NCBI GenBank assembly: GCA_965153285.1
Contig: OZ229112.1
Reading direction: 5' to 3' (one strand)
Origin: Podarcis tiliguerta
Taxonomy: Eukaryota
Length of the DNA: 64,000 bases
Position numbers and translations under genes: made by a program. Shown here in pieces: positions 26,490-39,680 of this stretch (position 1 is its first letter; the number at the start of each line of letters is the position of its first letter). The notes under the pieces were generated by a model. It saw only the letters and a program-made list of their open reading frames with translations. It was not told where the DNA came from and searched no databases.

Positions 26490-28426
26490 AGAATAACTAG
26501 AATATTACCTATGAAGGCATTATTTATTTATTTCATAAAAGTTATATACCACTTGCTTGCAAGAAAAACACCACCACCACCAAACAAAAAACCTCAAAGC
26601 AGTTTCAGATTAGCATTTGGTAGTTTTGTTGTATTTTATGCTTTTCTCCCAAATAATAAAAATCATTCTAAGCCGTTGGATTAACCCATTTGAAACAGCT
26701 TATACTTTCTTTAAAGGTAGAATAAATTTCTCAGAGAGATGAAATGCAATTTGGCAACATCTCTGCATGATGGCCACAGTATATCACATCACAGAGAAGA
26801 AAGTGTCTCCTCTTTTCACATCTTTTCTGTTTGCCGGGCAGATCAGGAGCACTGTAAACTAGTTTATTGAACTATCTTCACAAGCATGGTAGGATAGAGG
26901 AGAAACATTCTGCTGTCACCAAAGAATATTTATCTCACAGAGTTAAACTGTCTTGCATTTTCAGTTTTGCATAAATACACATGCATTTCACCAGTGATTT
27001 GTCTGTCTGAGACAAAGAGAACTGAGAAGGTGTCGGGATACTAAATAATTCATAGCAAAGCAGAGTGAGCCTGCCATACATATACAAGGGGAAAGGCACT
27101 TAGCAAGCATATGCATCCCCAGCTCAAATATTAGGACATATTATTTAGAAACTGTGGGGATGTTGCTGGAAGGGAGCTAATAAACACATACCAAAAAATA
27201 ACAAAATTTGAAACAAGAGTTAATGATGTTTAAGTTGTTTGCTTGCAGTAAAGATTCAAGAGGCTGTTATTTCAGGGTTATTATCCTGAGATAATAACCT
27301 GCACAAACAAAGAATCTCAAAGTGTTTCATCCAGATGCTCGTTACTGATAATCTAAGGTCACTGTACATCTCCTTAGAAGACTGGAGCTTGGGGCTGTAG
27401 GGAAGCAGTGGCTTCAAGCACTAGGCAGCACTGACTGGGAGTTTATAGAAGGAATGGAGGCTTCACCCCTTCCTGGCTCCCAGGCAGCAACAGATCTGGC
27501 CAGATCCTTTCATGCGATTTCCCATTCTCCTGAATAATCTCAAGTGTAGCTATCTGGGCATTTTGGTGGCAGCCCTGAAGGTCCTGCCTAGCTCACTGTC
27601 TCCTCCGCCTCTGGGGGAGATGGGGTGGTAGCACAGGATGCTGGGGTAATGACCTCCAATCCTGGGGCAGGAATGTTTGGGTTACTGGCAGAATGGAAAT
27701 TTGCTAGAGGGCACCGCTCCTCCTCCAAGGAGACCTTGGGCTCCAGGTCCAGACTGAACTTTGAACCTGAACCCTATGGATATAGGCTATTCTGTTTGTC
27801 TGAGAACTGCAATCTCTGCCCACTAGAAATAACTAGCCCTTTCTATTTATTGATGAAAGTAACAAGAGCCCCTGACTTGCCAGGGGGTCTAGAGTCTCCT
27901 TCAGTTTGTTTAATCTAACCTCTTACTTATCTCAATTCAATAGGTTTATTAGCATAGGCTAGTGCTCTGGCAGAAAAATAGTCATCTTTCCTGACGAAGG
28001 TCACTGTTCTTTTACTTCATCAGTATACAATTACTCCTCCAGCAACAAATGCATCTGAAGTGCACATGTATACATACATTGTTGGTTGCAGAGAGCCATA
28101 TCTTGCATAAAAATAGTGTGCTATGGAGAGGATAACTTTTAACATGCAACCACGCAGTTTTATAGCTGAAACATTAGCAAACAACAGGGTTCCAATAACC
28201 ATTTGGATACATAATATAAACTCACATGCCATGTGAGGTTAAACTCAGAAGTTTTTAACAGGTGCTGCTCAGAACAAAAAGATACATATTTGTGGACAAT
28301 TTGCCTATATTATTCTGCAAATACAGAGCCAGGTATGCCCCTTTCAATTCACACATGACAACAGGGAGGCCTAATGTGCTTGGTCAGTATTCTCCATAAA
28401 ATGACCATTTTAACAGAGTGAGTAAC

Positions 28427-28573
28427 AGAATAATAGAATATAGGATTGTAGAGCTGGAAGGGGACTTGAGGGTCATCTAGTCCAACCCATGCAATGCAGG
28501 AATCCTGCCCACAGACAACCCTGGATGGGCCGGAACCACTAACCTTCTGGTTAACAACCAGACACACTGATCC
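28427..28573 (-). mobile_element. tRNA(Asn)-derived SINE with CR1 tail (Squam3-like)
   Basis: Minus strand ...tgttaaccagaaggttagtggttccggcccatccaggg... resembles the tRNA-Asn(GTT) 3' two-thirds. It is followed by attcctgcattgcatgggttggactagatgaccctcaagtccccttccagctctacaatcctat (CR1 tail). Confidence 0.75.
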
Positions 28574-30059
28574 AGCTGAGGAAGAGGACAGAAGGAGTGC
28601 AAGATCAGATGCAACATTGGGTAGAGTTACAGTGCATGAGGTGTGGAAAGTGTTGGTTGACCAAGTAAGAAATCTGGTGGACAAGGCTGACCCTTCTGGA
28701 AAGTCCAGGGGTTCTGAGGCAGATGAACTGGTATGGAAATAGCTCCAAAGAAGTTAAAAGTTTTAAAACCACTTGTCTAATGTCTCATGGAGAGATATAT
28801 TCAGACAGATTTGCACTGAAGCTCTGATTCTCTTTGGGGGTTCTCAGTGTTACAATCAATTCTTTACTAAATCACACTTCAAAAATAGTCACATCCTATG
28901 CATGTGCCTGAGTGGACAATTTATTCAAACAGCTTGTGCCTTAATTAGCAGAGCATAATCAGTAATCTGGTCAGATTTAGGAAACATTCTTGCTTCTCTG
29001 TTGGATACAATAAAACACTCGAAGTGATGCTGCACAAGGAATCTCATTTGGAGCCTGTTTCATTGTCCTCTTGTATAATATAGTGATTATATCAGCCATA
29101 ACGTGGGAGGGGGGAGATTAGATAGATAAATAGATATAGATATATTAAGATGCCAGCAGTAGGCATACTTAATATGAACTATAAAATAATGTTCAAGTGC
29201 ATTCAGGTTTATGAGTGATTTTGTGAAAGGTATGAGTGTGTAAGAAAGCACCTGTATGCCAGTCTTTCTGTGTATGCATGGGTCAAGTTTCCTATTAATG
29301 GAAATCTATTTATAATGGGACAACTGGGAATGAATAATGCTTGATAGTTTGATTGGTCAACCATGGAGAGTCTGTAAAGACGCTCTGCAGGTAAGAGTCA
29401 AGAATAGCTGGTTTCCTTTCAAGAAATACTAGGTTCCTCTGTCAGTCAACATTTTCCTTTGCTTTCATGTCATGTTTCTATGCTCTTTTATATATTTTTT
29501 AAATAAAACCTCCTTTTTCTCTCAGGTTTGCATTTCCTTCTTTTACTTTTATGACTTGGCTCTTAAGCTCTTTCTGAGAATCAGTTTGTATGGTACAAAA
29601 GAACACTAGAGAAAGAGCTCTCAGTATATCATAGGCAGATTTCAGAAAGAAATTTTGTTTCCCAGGTATTCCTAGATCCCACAGTCTATCTCATGGAATG
29701 ATGTATGTTGTAGATAGCTGCATGCCACATTGGAGGAAAGAAAATATTCTTACCTCCCTAAAAATCCCCTACAAAATTAACTAAGGTGGTATACAGTAGT
29801 CAAGGTCATCCCCATGTCTGATTTGCTTCAGGGTCATTCAGACAACCCCCCTCCCCTTCAGAACACTACAAATTTTGCACTCACCATGAAGGGATTCCCG
29901 TGGAACAGCAGAATCCAATGGATTCTACTACCCTTCAGGCTTATCTTGCTTGTTGAAAATATAGACCCCACATATCCTGCTACATGCCCTTCAGATAGCT
30001 TAATTCCAGGTGACGCCAGATATCAACTGTATGAATATACACGCATATCAACAGACTCA

Positions 30060-30187
30060 TCGGCATATGGCAAACCCGTGAGCCCCTCCCATTACTACTC
30101 TCATCATCCCTGACCACTGGCCAAACTGGTTGGGGCTGATGAGAGTTGGAAACCAACATCTGTAGCACCACAGTTTCCCCATCCTCC
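30060..30187 (+). mobile_element. Short palindromic squamate MITE (hAT-derived)
   Basis: ctactctcatcatccctgaccactggcca...ggggctgatgagagttgg...aacatctg; related copies at 30368 and 32960. Confidence 0.6.
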
Positions 30188-30367
30188 AATTAATGAAAAC
30201 AGAATACTTTGTGAAAACTAGGGCTAGACTGCAAATTTCTTCAGAAAAATAGCAAAGCATTCTTCTTGATTCAACATTATACAGTCCACTACCTTGTACC
30301 ATTAAGCTGAAAAGTGAACATAAAATTTGTCCAAATGACAACTTACTATGTAATCTTTACAACAGAT

Positions 30368-30493
30368 GTGAGGAAGCTTTTGAATTCCAGATGTTGCTGA
30401 ACGACAACTCACATTATCCCTGGCCACTGGTCATGCTTGCAGGGATGGATAGCAGTAGCAGTTCAGCAAGATCTGGCAGTCCAAAGGTTCCAT
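30368..30493 (+). mobile_element. Short palindromic squamate MITE, second copy
   Basis: ccagatgttgctgaacgacaactc...gcagttcagcaagatctgg, with internal inverted symmetry. Confidence 0.6.
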
Positions 30494-31621
30494 GCAAGGA
30501 AACGAAGATCAGTGTCAACTTTGATAAAATATTTAAGTGGGTTTTTCTTTCTAGAAATGTCTGAATAAAACTGAACTGATTGTCTTGCTCTCTGCAAATT
30601 ATGTTCATTCACTGATTGATCAGTACCATTTCAAAAGTATGGAATAAAAGTGGTTTGTATTTTAACTACAATGCTGTAACTACCGATTATATTGGAGTAA
30701 CATCTGCTCACAGACAACTGAACTGCCTCACTAAAGCTGTTTTCCCATTTTCATCATTTAAATGGAAACATTAGTAGTCACTTAACCACAAAAATAACCC
30801 AAACATTATAACCTTTTTTTTTAGTGATTTTGTTTATAATTTCAAAAAACATTATGATTGATGACAGCTCAGGCACTCAAAATTTAAGCACGGTGATTTC
30901 TTTTTAACCCTTTGAAATTGTGTTTTGCCATAGCCACAAAGTATATCTCAAACTGATGGCATTACACACACACACACTATTCTAGTGATGAGCAAAGGCT
31001 AATTAAGGTTGTTAGGGTCCCCTTCCCCCATAAGAAATACATGATATTTATTAATTTAAAAGCACTGGTGTTAATTTTAACCTGTTTTTAATATTTTAAT
31101 CCTTTGTGTGTTTTTAACCATTGTTGTAATTTTTTCTTGGTTTTCACGCTCTATCTTTTTATAAACTACTTTGAGGGTTTTGTTTTGTCTTTTACAGTCA
31201 AGTGATGTACAAACTTTATGAAATAAATAACTTTCTAAAGAGCTTTATTTTTATCATCAACATCATCATCATCTCCAGGTCTTCTGTTATCTTAAAAACA
31301 AATCTATTAAGGTCTAAGCGATTGTGGACTATAAAAAATACTCTGACTTGGTGGTGTTTCACAGCTCCCAGGAAAACAGAAACAAAACACATTTTGCTAA
31401 CCCTGTTAAATGGAAAGAAAATTATCTGACTGGGTGCAGTTTCACATTTTAAACTCAACTCAACATTGGTTTTCCTCACTTTCTGCCATGGGCCAGTAAC
31501 CAATTTTCAACCTAACTTACTTCATATGGCTGCTGTGAAGATGTAGAAGGAAATGGGACCCTATCATTTCAAAGTTTCAGTTAACATGAATCTGGCCTGA
31601 TTATTGCATAATTTAGATGTA

Positions 31622-31840
31622 CAGTGGTACCTCTGGTTACGTACTTAATTCATTCCGGAGGTCCACTCTTAACCTGAAACCATTCTTACCCTGAGGTACC
31701 ACTTTAGCTAATGGGGCCGCTGCCGCACCGCCACCATGTGATTTCTGTTCTCATCCTGGGGCAAAGTTCTTAACCCGAGGTACCACTTCTGGGTTAGCGG
31801 AGTCTGTAACCCGAAGTGTTTGTAACCTGAGGTACCACTG
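31622..31840 (+). mobile_element. Tigger/pogo-like MITE (cagtggtacctc family), copy 1
   Basis: TIRs cagtggtacctctggttac / gtaacctgaggtaccactg with TA TSD. Highly similar to the copies at 48816 and 63685. Confidence 0.92.
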
Positions 31841-31949
31841 TATGAGGTACCCACAGTTAAAGTAAGCTTATTCCCACTGTTATATCAGCCCACATTATCC
31901 TTCACACACCCATACCACATTTATACTTACAATAGGGTCCACCCTATTA

Positions 31950-32070
31950 ATAGGTCCCACTCTATTATTGTAACTGTAATTTGTTTTAAAACTATTTTTA
32001 ATAATACATTTTACGTTATTGTAATCCACCTCGAGACTTTACAATGGAGGGCAGGTAATAAATCAAATAA
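31950..32070 (+). mobile_element. L2 LINE 3' tail
   Basis: Similar to the 19560-19680 tail (actgtaatttg..ttaaa; ttgtaatccacc; gggcaggtaataaat). Confidence 0.6.
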
Positions 32071-32959
32071 CTATTAAGAATATCACCCTGTGAGGCAGAC
32101 TAGGTTAAATCAATATAGGCACATAAGAAACAGCTCTTGCCAATATATTCTCCTCCCCACAATCCACACATAATGTACGGAGCCTAGAAAATCTTGTTGG
32201 CATGCCTGGATGAGCACATGTGCAGTATTTAAGTATTTGCAACCAATGTGAAGCAGATTCATTTTAGCATTCTTCAGATCTAGGAATTCACTACAATATA
32301 ATTTTGCTGCTTAAGATTCACTCACCACTTCTTCCATTCAAACACAGACAAACCCAAGCATATTTGTGTAGAAGGCTACATGTGGTAGCCAGGCATTTGG
32401 CACTTTTAATTAACTTTCAAGTGTTTAAATACTTGTTGAGAATTATGTTTCAGTTCTTATCCAGTCATCCTTATACATCCATATAAATTAAAAAGCATTT
32501 CCACAGGCTTCACAGTGTGGCTCTCACAGCCTTCTTCCTTTTGGGTAATTAGTGCTTTTACATGCCTGTTCACAGATGTGGTCTACTGCTGCTCTGGCAC
32601 ATTTGCAGGATCTTCTCCCTCTTCAAAATCCCAACCAATCAGGGATCGAACTGTGAACCTAATAACGTCATGGTGCCAAACAGATCCATTTGGCCACATG
32701 TTGCTTAAACGTCATGACATTCATGGGCTGCTTGTACCTTCTGAAAATTTAAGCAAAACACACTTCCCACCTTTTTGGGGCTGGTCTTCAGCAGAACTGT
32801 AACTGACATCTTAAATTTTAAGTCGGTTTAGATTCCTGTTCAGCTGTCCATTTGTTTGATTAGCTCAAACAAAAATAGAAATAAGTGTTGGGAAAGAACA
32901 GCATGTAGAATCTGAAACAGCTTCTGAAGGGACATTTTTACTGGCTATTCAACAGCTGC

Positions 32960-33085
32960 ATTTCCACAACCTGCTTTCCCCACAGATGTTTTGGCTTATG
33001 AACTCCCTGACCGTTGCCCATGTTGGCTATGGATGGTGGGAGTTGTAGTTCAATACATCTGGAGGGCACCATGTTAGGAACAACT
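32960..33085 (+). mobile_element. Short palindromic squamate MITE, third copy
   Basis: cagatgttttggcttatgaactccc...gggagttgtagttcaatacatctggagggcacca. Confidence 0.6.
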
Positions 33086-35866
33086 CTTCTACACAGTCAA
33101 CTGAAGAAGTAACAGTCCAATGAAAGGGCAGACTTTGCAGCTCATGTATAAACCAAGTTGATCAGCTTTTCCAGCACTGCTAATTTAACCTAACCCTGCC
33201 TCAGTGCATCAACATGTGGCTGAAGGAACACTCTTGATCTAATTATCCAAGTTGGCTTTCAGACACAGATGAGGGCTTTTATTGTGTCTCCATTATTCAG
33301 TTCTGGTCCTGAATGAGTCACCATAATTTTGAACTCAGTAAGCCAGCACATTTAAAAACAAACAATCGCAACGAAAGCCAAAAGACTAAGGGAAAAATAG
33401 TATTTCTTTGGAAGATATGCCACGTCAAGTTTTCCTGGAGTAAACGACAATCCAGATGTTGACACACTGCGCAATTAAAGTTCATTTCCTATATTTAACT
33501 TGCTTTTCCTATTTCTCTCTCATAAATAAAATCTGTCACAGATTTTGCTGTGAAGTAGCAACATAGCAAAATACAAAGAATGAGAGTGAGTAAGCCTACA
33601 GATATTGTCAGGAAATCTTAAGGTTCTCAGTCTAAAGCTGTATCTAAACAAGAATATAAACATCAACATGCATTCTCCCCCTGAAAGCTTATAGCCTTCA
33701 CAATCTAGTTCCGTTCTGTTTTAAACAGCTGTAGGCAGCGGTTTCTTCCTTAACACTGGCAAGGTTGACCTCCATCTCCTGGAATTCCTATAAAGTATAT
33801 TTGGGAGACCTTTTTTCCTACAGCATAAAAAGGTTTGCAAGTCGCTTGATTAAGAATACATTTCCTTCTCCAGTAGTAGCTCCATGGGGAACATTATGTA
33901 TCTATACACTGTAGCTTAGCAGTGGTCAGAGCATTCCTGGAATATTTCTCTTGTATCATGTATCAGGGACAGATGTAGCTTGTTGCAAGCCCATATGTAG
34001 ATGTAACAATGCATGCTGCAAGAAAACAATGGATATATTATGGAAATAATATCAAATTCATAATGAGGTTGTTCTACAAAACTGAACTACAAGTGAGATT
34101 TCATAGTGTTGTGAACACTGAAAACAACATAAGTTGCTTTAGAGCTTTGCAAGTAATCATGCAAATTAGGATTTTTTCCCCAATTTATTTATTCAATATA
34201 AATTGCATATATTTTAAAAATGAAAGTCACGCTTTTCAGAAACTTGCAGATATGGTCAGGACAATTTTTAACTCCCCTCCAGTATGGGATATCCAAATAC
34301 TAAACACATTAGAGTAAGTTCTGTTGGTTTTATAGAATTAGAGGTGTCAAATGGATGAAGAATTAATCTACACTCTAATAAGTTCATTCAATCAAATATT
34401 CAGTTTAATTAAATATTAAATATAAGCATATTTGCATTTTACCAGTACCTAGATATGTGCCTTTTTGATTAATTAAACAAGGAGTTGCAAACTAAAAGGA
34501 AGCTGTGTCATCTTTTATCATAACACACCAGAGCCAAATCGCCTGCAAAAATGAGTGCTTTCCCCTTAACTCTCAGTATTGCCTACTATATCATCCCCAT
34601 TGATCAATCAACTAAAGTTTCAGTTCATAAATCTGCTTCAAGCTTGTATCCCTTTCCAGAACAATAGAAAATGGAGTTGGATGGTGCTGAAAGGTCATTT
34701 AGTACAGTGTCCTTGTCCAAAGACAGGTGTATCCATTCACTATCCCCTATACATCTACCAAAGTGAGCTAAATCTAGAGTTCATCATTTAATAAGCAGCA
34801 AGCAGGTACATTGCGGAAAGATGCTCAAGACAGTGAACGAGTTCAATTGGTCCTAGCAAGTGAGCTACAGTGATTCAATGAAACATCTCTTTTCAAGTTA
34901 ACACCCTGATACAAAGTTATACTGTAAACCATGCTGTGATCCTCGGATAAAGAGCAGTATATAGATGTAATAAATAAAATAAATAAAAAGTTCTCTACCT
35001 GAATTAATGAAATTACTGATTCAATTGATTGGTAGTAGCAAGAATGAGGAGCTGATCCTTATGTTCAATAGGGAAATCAGAGAAGAAACTCCATGGATGA
35101 AATCCATTAATGTCTTTCAAAGAGGATAACACACTCCACTGGAGGAACAGATTTCCACCCCCATAGTGCCCCCATGCATCCACAAAGTCTGCTGCAGAGA
35201 TTTTGGGGAACTCTCTAGAGCAGAAGTCTGTTCATGCAACATTGAATATAGCACACTTTCAAAGTGGATTGCTGGGCTAGAATGTGCATGTTTAGATTTC
35301 AAGTATTTCACTGTCTACTATATTATTTTATAAAATATGATATTTTTAAAAGTCATATTTTACTGTTCTTCCCTAACAACAGTTAAATTCTAATGTATGA
35401 TAATCACCTTGATTTTGTTAATAGTTTTCTAAGGTATAGAAGTATTTAAAAAAAGCAATAACATTGAATAATATTACTGTCATTGCCCTGTTACTAGGAT
35501 GGTTACATCCACGAGTGGGTTAATAGTGGTGGTAATATTGCCTTAGCATCTTTAAATGATTAAAATGCATATCAAAATCACTGTACAATTTGTTTCAGTT
35601 AACAATTGATGATTTTATCACTTCTCAGCTAGTTATGAAATCCCTGCTATTTGATGCTTCTTCCGGCTTTTATTCAGTTCTAATTATATAATTCCTCATT
35701 TCTTATCCAATATATATTTTTAGATAGTCTGCATTTTTAAGAATAGGTTAGTTGCGCTGAGCTTAAGCTCTTTTGTCACTGTCTTGGTGACTAAGGATTA
35801 GGTCATGGCTATAATTTCTGAGAATATAAAGAAAATGTTTCATGTTGTGTATTATTCAAGTGAAAA

Positions 35867-36455
35867 GCCTTTCTCCTGGGCATGACTGGCCATTTGGTGT
35901 TAAAGAAGGATAGAACTTTTTTTATGTACGCTACAACAGCAGCAAGAATACTCATCGCAAAGTATTGGAAGACACAAGAATTAACCATCTTGGAAGAATG
36001 GCAGATGAAGGGGATGGACTATATGGAATTGGCGGAAATGACCGGCAGAATCCGAAACCAGGGAGAAGAGTTGGTGGAGGAAGATTGGAAGAAATTTAAA
36101 GACTACTTACAGAAATATTGTAAAATTAATGAATGTTAGAATGATGTTGGATTGAGGTTAAGGGGTTTTTAGTAACAACGGTATGAAGGAATAGGGAGAA
36201 ATGGAATGTTAACAGATGGAAAGCTAAAGGCATAACATATTAAGATTCGGATAAGGATAAGGCAGCGGGAAAGGATTTGCTGAATAAATAATTGAACTGG
36301 AATACAAAGAGGGGAGGTGTGGGGAGGTCCGGGAAGCAAGCAAAGGCAAGATATATTATGAAAATTGAATTGTTTTTAATTGTTTTTCTTTATTACTTTT
36401 GTATTTTTCTTTTTTTCTTATGTGAAAATCTTAATAAAATATTATTAAAAAAAAA
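35867..36455 (+). mobile_element. Young 5'-truncated L1-clade LINE (ORF2 C-terminus + 3' UTR + poly-A)
   Basis: Open frame AFLLG...FMYATTAARILIAKYWK...EEW...WKKFKDYL to the stop at 36139, T-rich 3' UTR, AATAAA and A tail. Perfect 17-bp TSD tattattcaagtgaaaa at 35850-35866 and 36456-36472. Confidence 0.9.
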
Positions 36456-36834
36456 TATTATTCAAGTGAAAAAAATTCAAGTGAAAAAAAATACGTACTC
36501 TCCACCTTCCCTCCTCCCCCTAGGAATGTCTGATCTCCTGCTACATGAATATTTTCTTCTGAGCAGAAATGCTGAGTTTTTTAGACAGTGAATCTATCTA
36601 TATAAATACTTTCTTTTTTATTATTTTCTTTCACAATTTAAACTCCCTGCCTATGCCAGCTATTGTTTTGTACTAAATCTTGGAAATTTGCTAATTTTGG
36701 GGGTCAGCCATTGTAGTGCCAAGGAAATGTGAGATTGTTAATAATTTTAAAAATCATGATTGTGAAATTGTTTTCTAAATGTTTTGTAGTATAAATTTTA
36801 CCCACTGAACACAAAGAAATTACCCTTCCATAGT

Positions 36835-37105
36835 GTATTTGTTTATACAATTATTTCCAGCCCTTCCTCTCAGTGTAGACCAGGGCAGTAAACAACGATT
36901 GATAAAATAATAGAAATATATCCAAATAGACTCAGACTAGGAAAGACTTCAGTTTGCTGAAAAAAGAACTTCAGTAGGTGCCAAAAAGAAAACAGATGTG
37001 GGACCAGTCTAATATTCAAGGGAACAGAATTTCAAAGTGTAGGTGTCACAACACTAAAGCCCTAGTCTTATATTGTGCAAAACAGATTGCCTGATATGAT
37101 AAGAT
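36835..37105 (-). mobile_element. Old L2 LINE 3' end
   Basis: Reverse L2 tail (ttatttccagcccttcct...cagggcagtaaacaac) and ORF2 end (agaatttcaaagtgtaggtgtcacaacactaaagccc). Confidence 0.55.
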
Positions 37106-39459
37106 CCACAGTAAACTCTCACCTGCAGAATGCAATTATTATGCCAATTGGCTAGTTGCACATTAATTTGCTTTTTCCTACATGCGCAGCTAGGTTGAGC
37201 CACAGGTGAGATCCAGGAATAGTTTGAGTGGACTTTCCCTCCCTTCCGCAATCCTCCATGTGCCCTCAAAATCTACTATAAGGGGCTAGGGAGCAGTTGT
37301 AGGTGAGCTTAACAGGCTGGAGGGAAGCAGGTTTCTGTTGTGCAAGTGGAAAGACATCATTATATGATTACAAAAGGAGTTTGGCATAGTAAGCGCATAA
37401 GGCTATTGAATGATCTATATGATATGCCCACTATCTACACTATCTATTCATCCTTCAGAATACATCATAAGGATATTGGAACAGGTCCAGACTTCATCAT
37501 CTCTGGTAAAATCATATCTGGCAAACTGTTCTTTCAGAAAAGCAATAAAAAACGCCCAAAAATCTCAGGGATCTCTGAGGCTACTTAGTTCATTTTATAC
37601 CCTTTATCAATGCCTCAGGAGCAGGTCTCAGTCCTTCATTAACCAAGAACTCATTCTGAAAGGACTCAGTGTTACTGTTTTTGCCCCCCCCCAATACTTC
37701 ATAACCTATGGAATATTGTGCATTTTGTACTGTTGTCTTTGACTTTTTAATGGTTGTTATTTCTTCTCTTGATATATAGCTGTTTATATGAAATGTACAC
37801 ATATAAACAAAATCTAATAGAGCTACCTTAAAATAAAGAGGCTCCTTCTGTCCATGGACTGATCAATTTGCCCTCCTGTTTCAGCTCCTTCCCCAGTGCC
37901 ATCTCCTACAACATTCTGGGGGATTCTCTTACTCAGCAGAACAATTGTGGGAAGTGACACTGGGGGCTGCAGCCTTCCCTTCTGACATCAAAAGCACCCC
38001 CTGAGCAGAACTCTTCCCAAAGCATGTTCCCCCTGGCGGGAGTGAAATCTGGATACAATCCATTATTATTGCAATGAATGGTTGCTACTTCTAAATTGAG
38101 TTGTTACTGCTTCTAATTAAAACCAGAGCAAACTGATAAACAATCCAGCACTCATTAGAATATGACAGATTGTGCATTCAGAGAAATTATTTTCTGTTAA
38201 AAAAACCCAAAACACCAGAAACATATTTTGGGGGATTGGGGGATTTTCCTGAGACTTTTTGTAAGCCTGTTTTTGCTTGGCTGTCTATCCTGCTGTTCTC
38301 AAAAGCAAACACTGGTTGGCAAATTGTTTCCAAATATATTGCCTCAACCAAGTGGTATCACAGAAGTCATTCTGCCATTTCACCAGCTGACAAGAGCATG
38401 AGAACCTACTGAAGAGAACCATGAACAAAATACATCCCAATTTCTTAATTCATACAAAAGCTTTTGGTTAGCTGTAATGAGTCCTAAATACTTTGTTGTT
38501 TCAATTATGGATTTTAATTTTTGTTGTTTCTAAATGGATTTTAAAAATCATTATAAAATAAACTTAATAAATGCTGGACTTTTTTTTAATACTATCACTT
38601 TTATTTAAAGGAGTTCAGGTATCCCCAAGATACATTCTATCTTATTCCATCTATCAGTGTACAAACTCAATTGGGTAGGGTTTTTAAATTTTATTTTCCA
38701 TGTTCTTCAAGGAAAAGGTCAGCAGAAATAATAAATATAGAGCATTCATTGTAGTTGAAGCCGTGAATGGAGAACCAGGGCTTGGGAAGTTGCAGTAAAC
38801 ACAGGACTGCCATTTCGGGATTAAAGAAGCCACAATTTTATTGATTACACATGTCAGCAGGTTTGGGCACAGGCATTAGTTGTGTCTTCTGCATCAACCA
38901 ACCCATTTGTTGGTTTATTAATTGGCAGGGATAACCAAGGTTAAGGGTTGCCCTATGGGGACCACAAGAAAAGCCCCTCCTACATGAAGTCTAAGTTGGC
39001 TGCTTTCAAGGAGGTATTCTTGCAGATACCGGTACTTGGCCCCAACAATTCAGGGCTTTACAGGCCATTTCTAGCACCTTGAATTAGGCCCAAGATTACA
39101 CAGGCTATGTAGGGTTATAGAAGTTCTTACCTCTCTCTGCCCCAGCCCACATTTACAATACTAAAATAATAATACTGCCCCATTTTACAGGGTTATTGCA
39201 AGAATTATAACAAGTCAATGTTATACAAAATGCCATTGCTAAGATTTTTAAAAAAGGTGCCCTTCAACATTCAGGGCCACTTAATGTTTACCAGTTAGTT
39301 AATTTGTTGAAAAATGAAGCTTCAACTAGTTGGAACATAATGCTCAAGCTAAGCATCATGGATAATTCTGCTATCACTAAACCTCATATGTGACACCTTT
39401 ATGACATATGCCTTCAATCTTTTTATTTTCTGTGTACTATACTGTTGTATTAAATTTCA

Positions 39460-39680
39460 AATGTTTTCAGCCCAGACCTACAATATCTTCACCCCAGACC
39501 AATCTACTAAAATATATGAAATCCTTTCCATATGGGGTTGTCTGTATATTTGATGAGTATGTTCTCCACTCCTTCATTGAAGTAATTAATGATAATGTTG
39601 AACAGATCAAGCACAAAACAAATCCCTGTTAAAACTCTGGTTGGTACATTTCCAATATGGCATTGATCCATTGTTAAAAA
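39460..39680 (-). mobile_element. Ancient CR1/L3 LINE reverse transcriptase core fragment
   Basis: Minus translation QGFVL / LFNIIINYFNEGVENILIKYTDN resembles CR1 [29 protein letters not shown]. Confidence 0.7.

Noticed and set aside
28500-28573. Possible functional tRNA-Asn gene (also tRNA-like heads at ~47200 and ~52600)
   Set aside because: 5' acceptor stem missing or decayed, B box mutated, and fused to a SINE body or LINE tail.
35882-36139. 85-aa ORF MTGHLVLKK...
   Set aside because: C-terminus of a 5'-truncated L1 ORF2, not a host gene.
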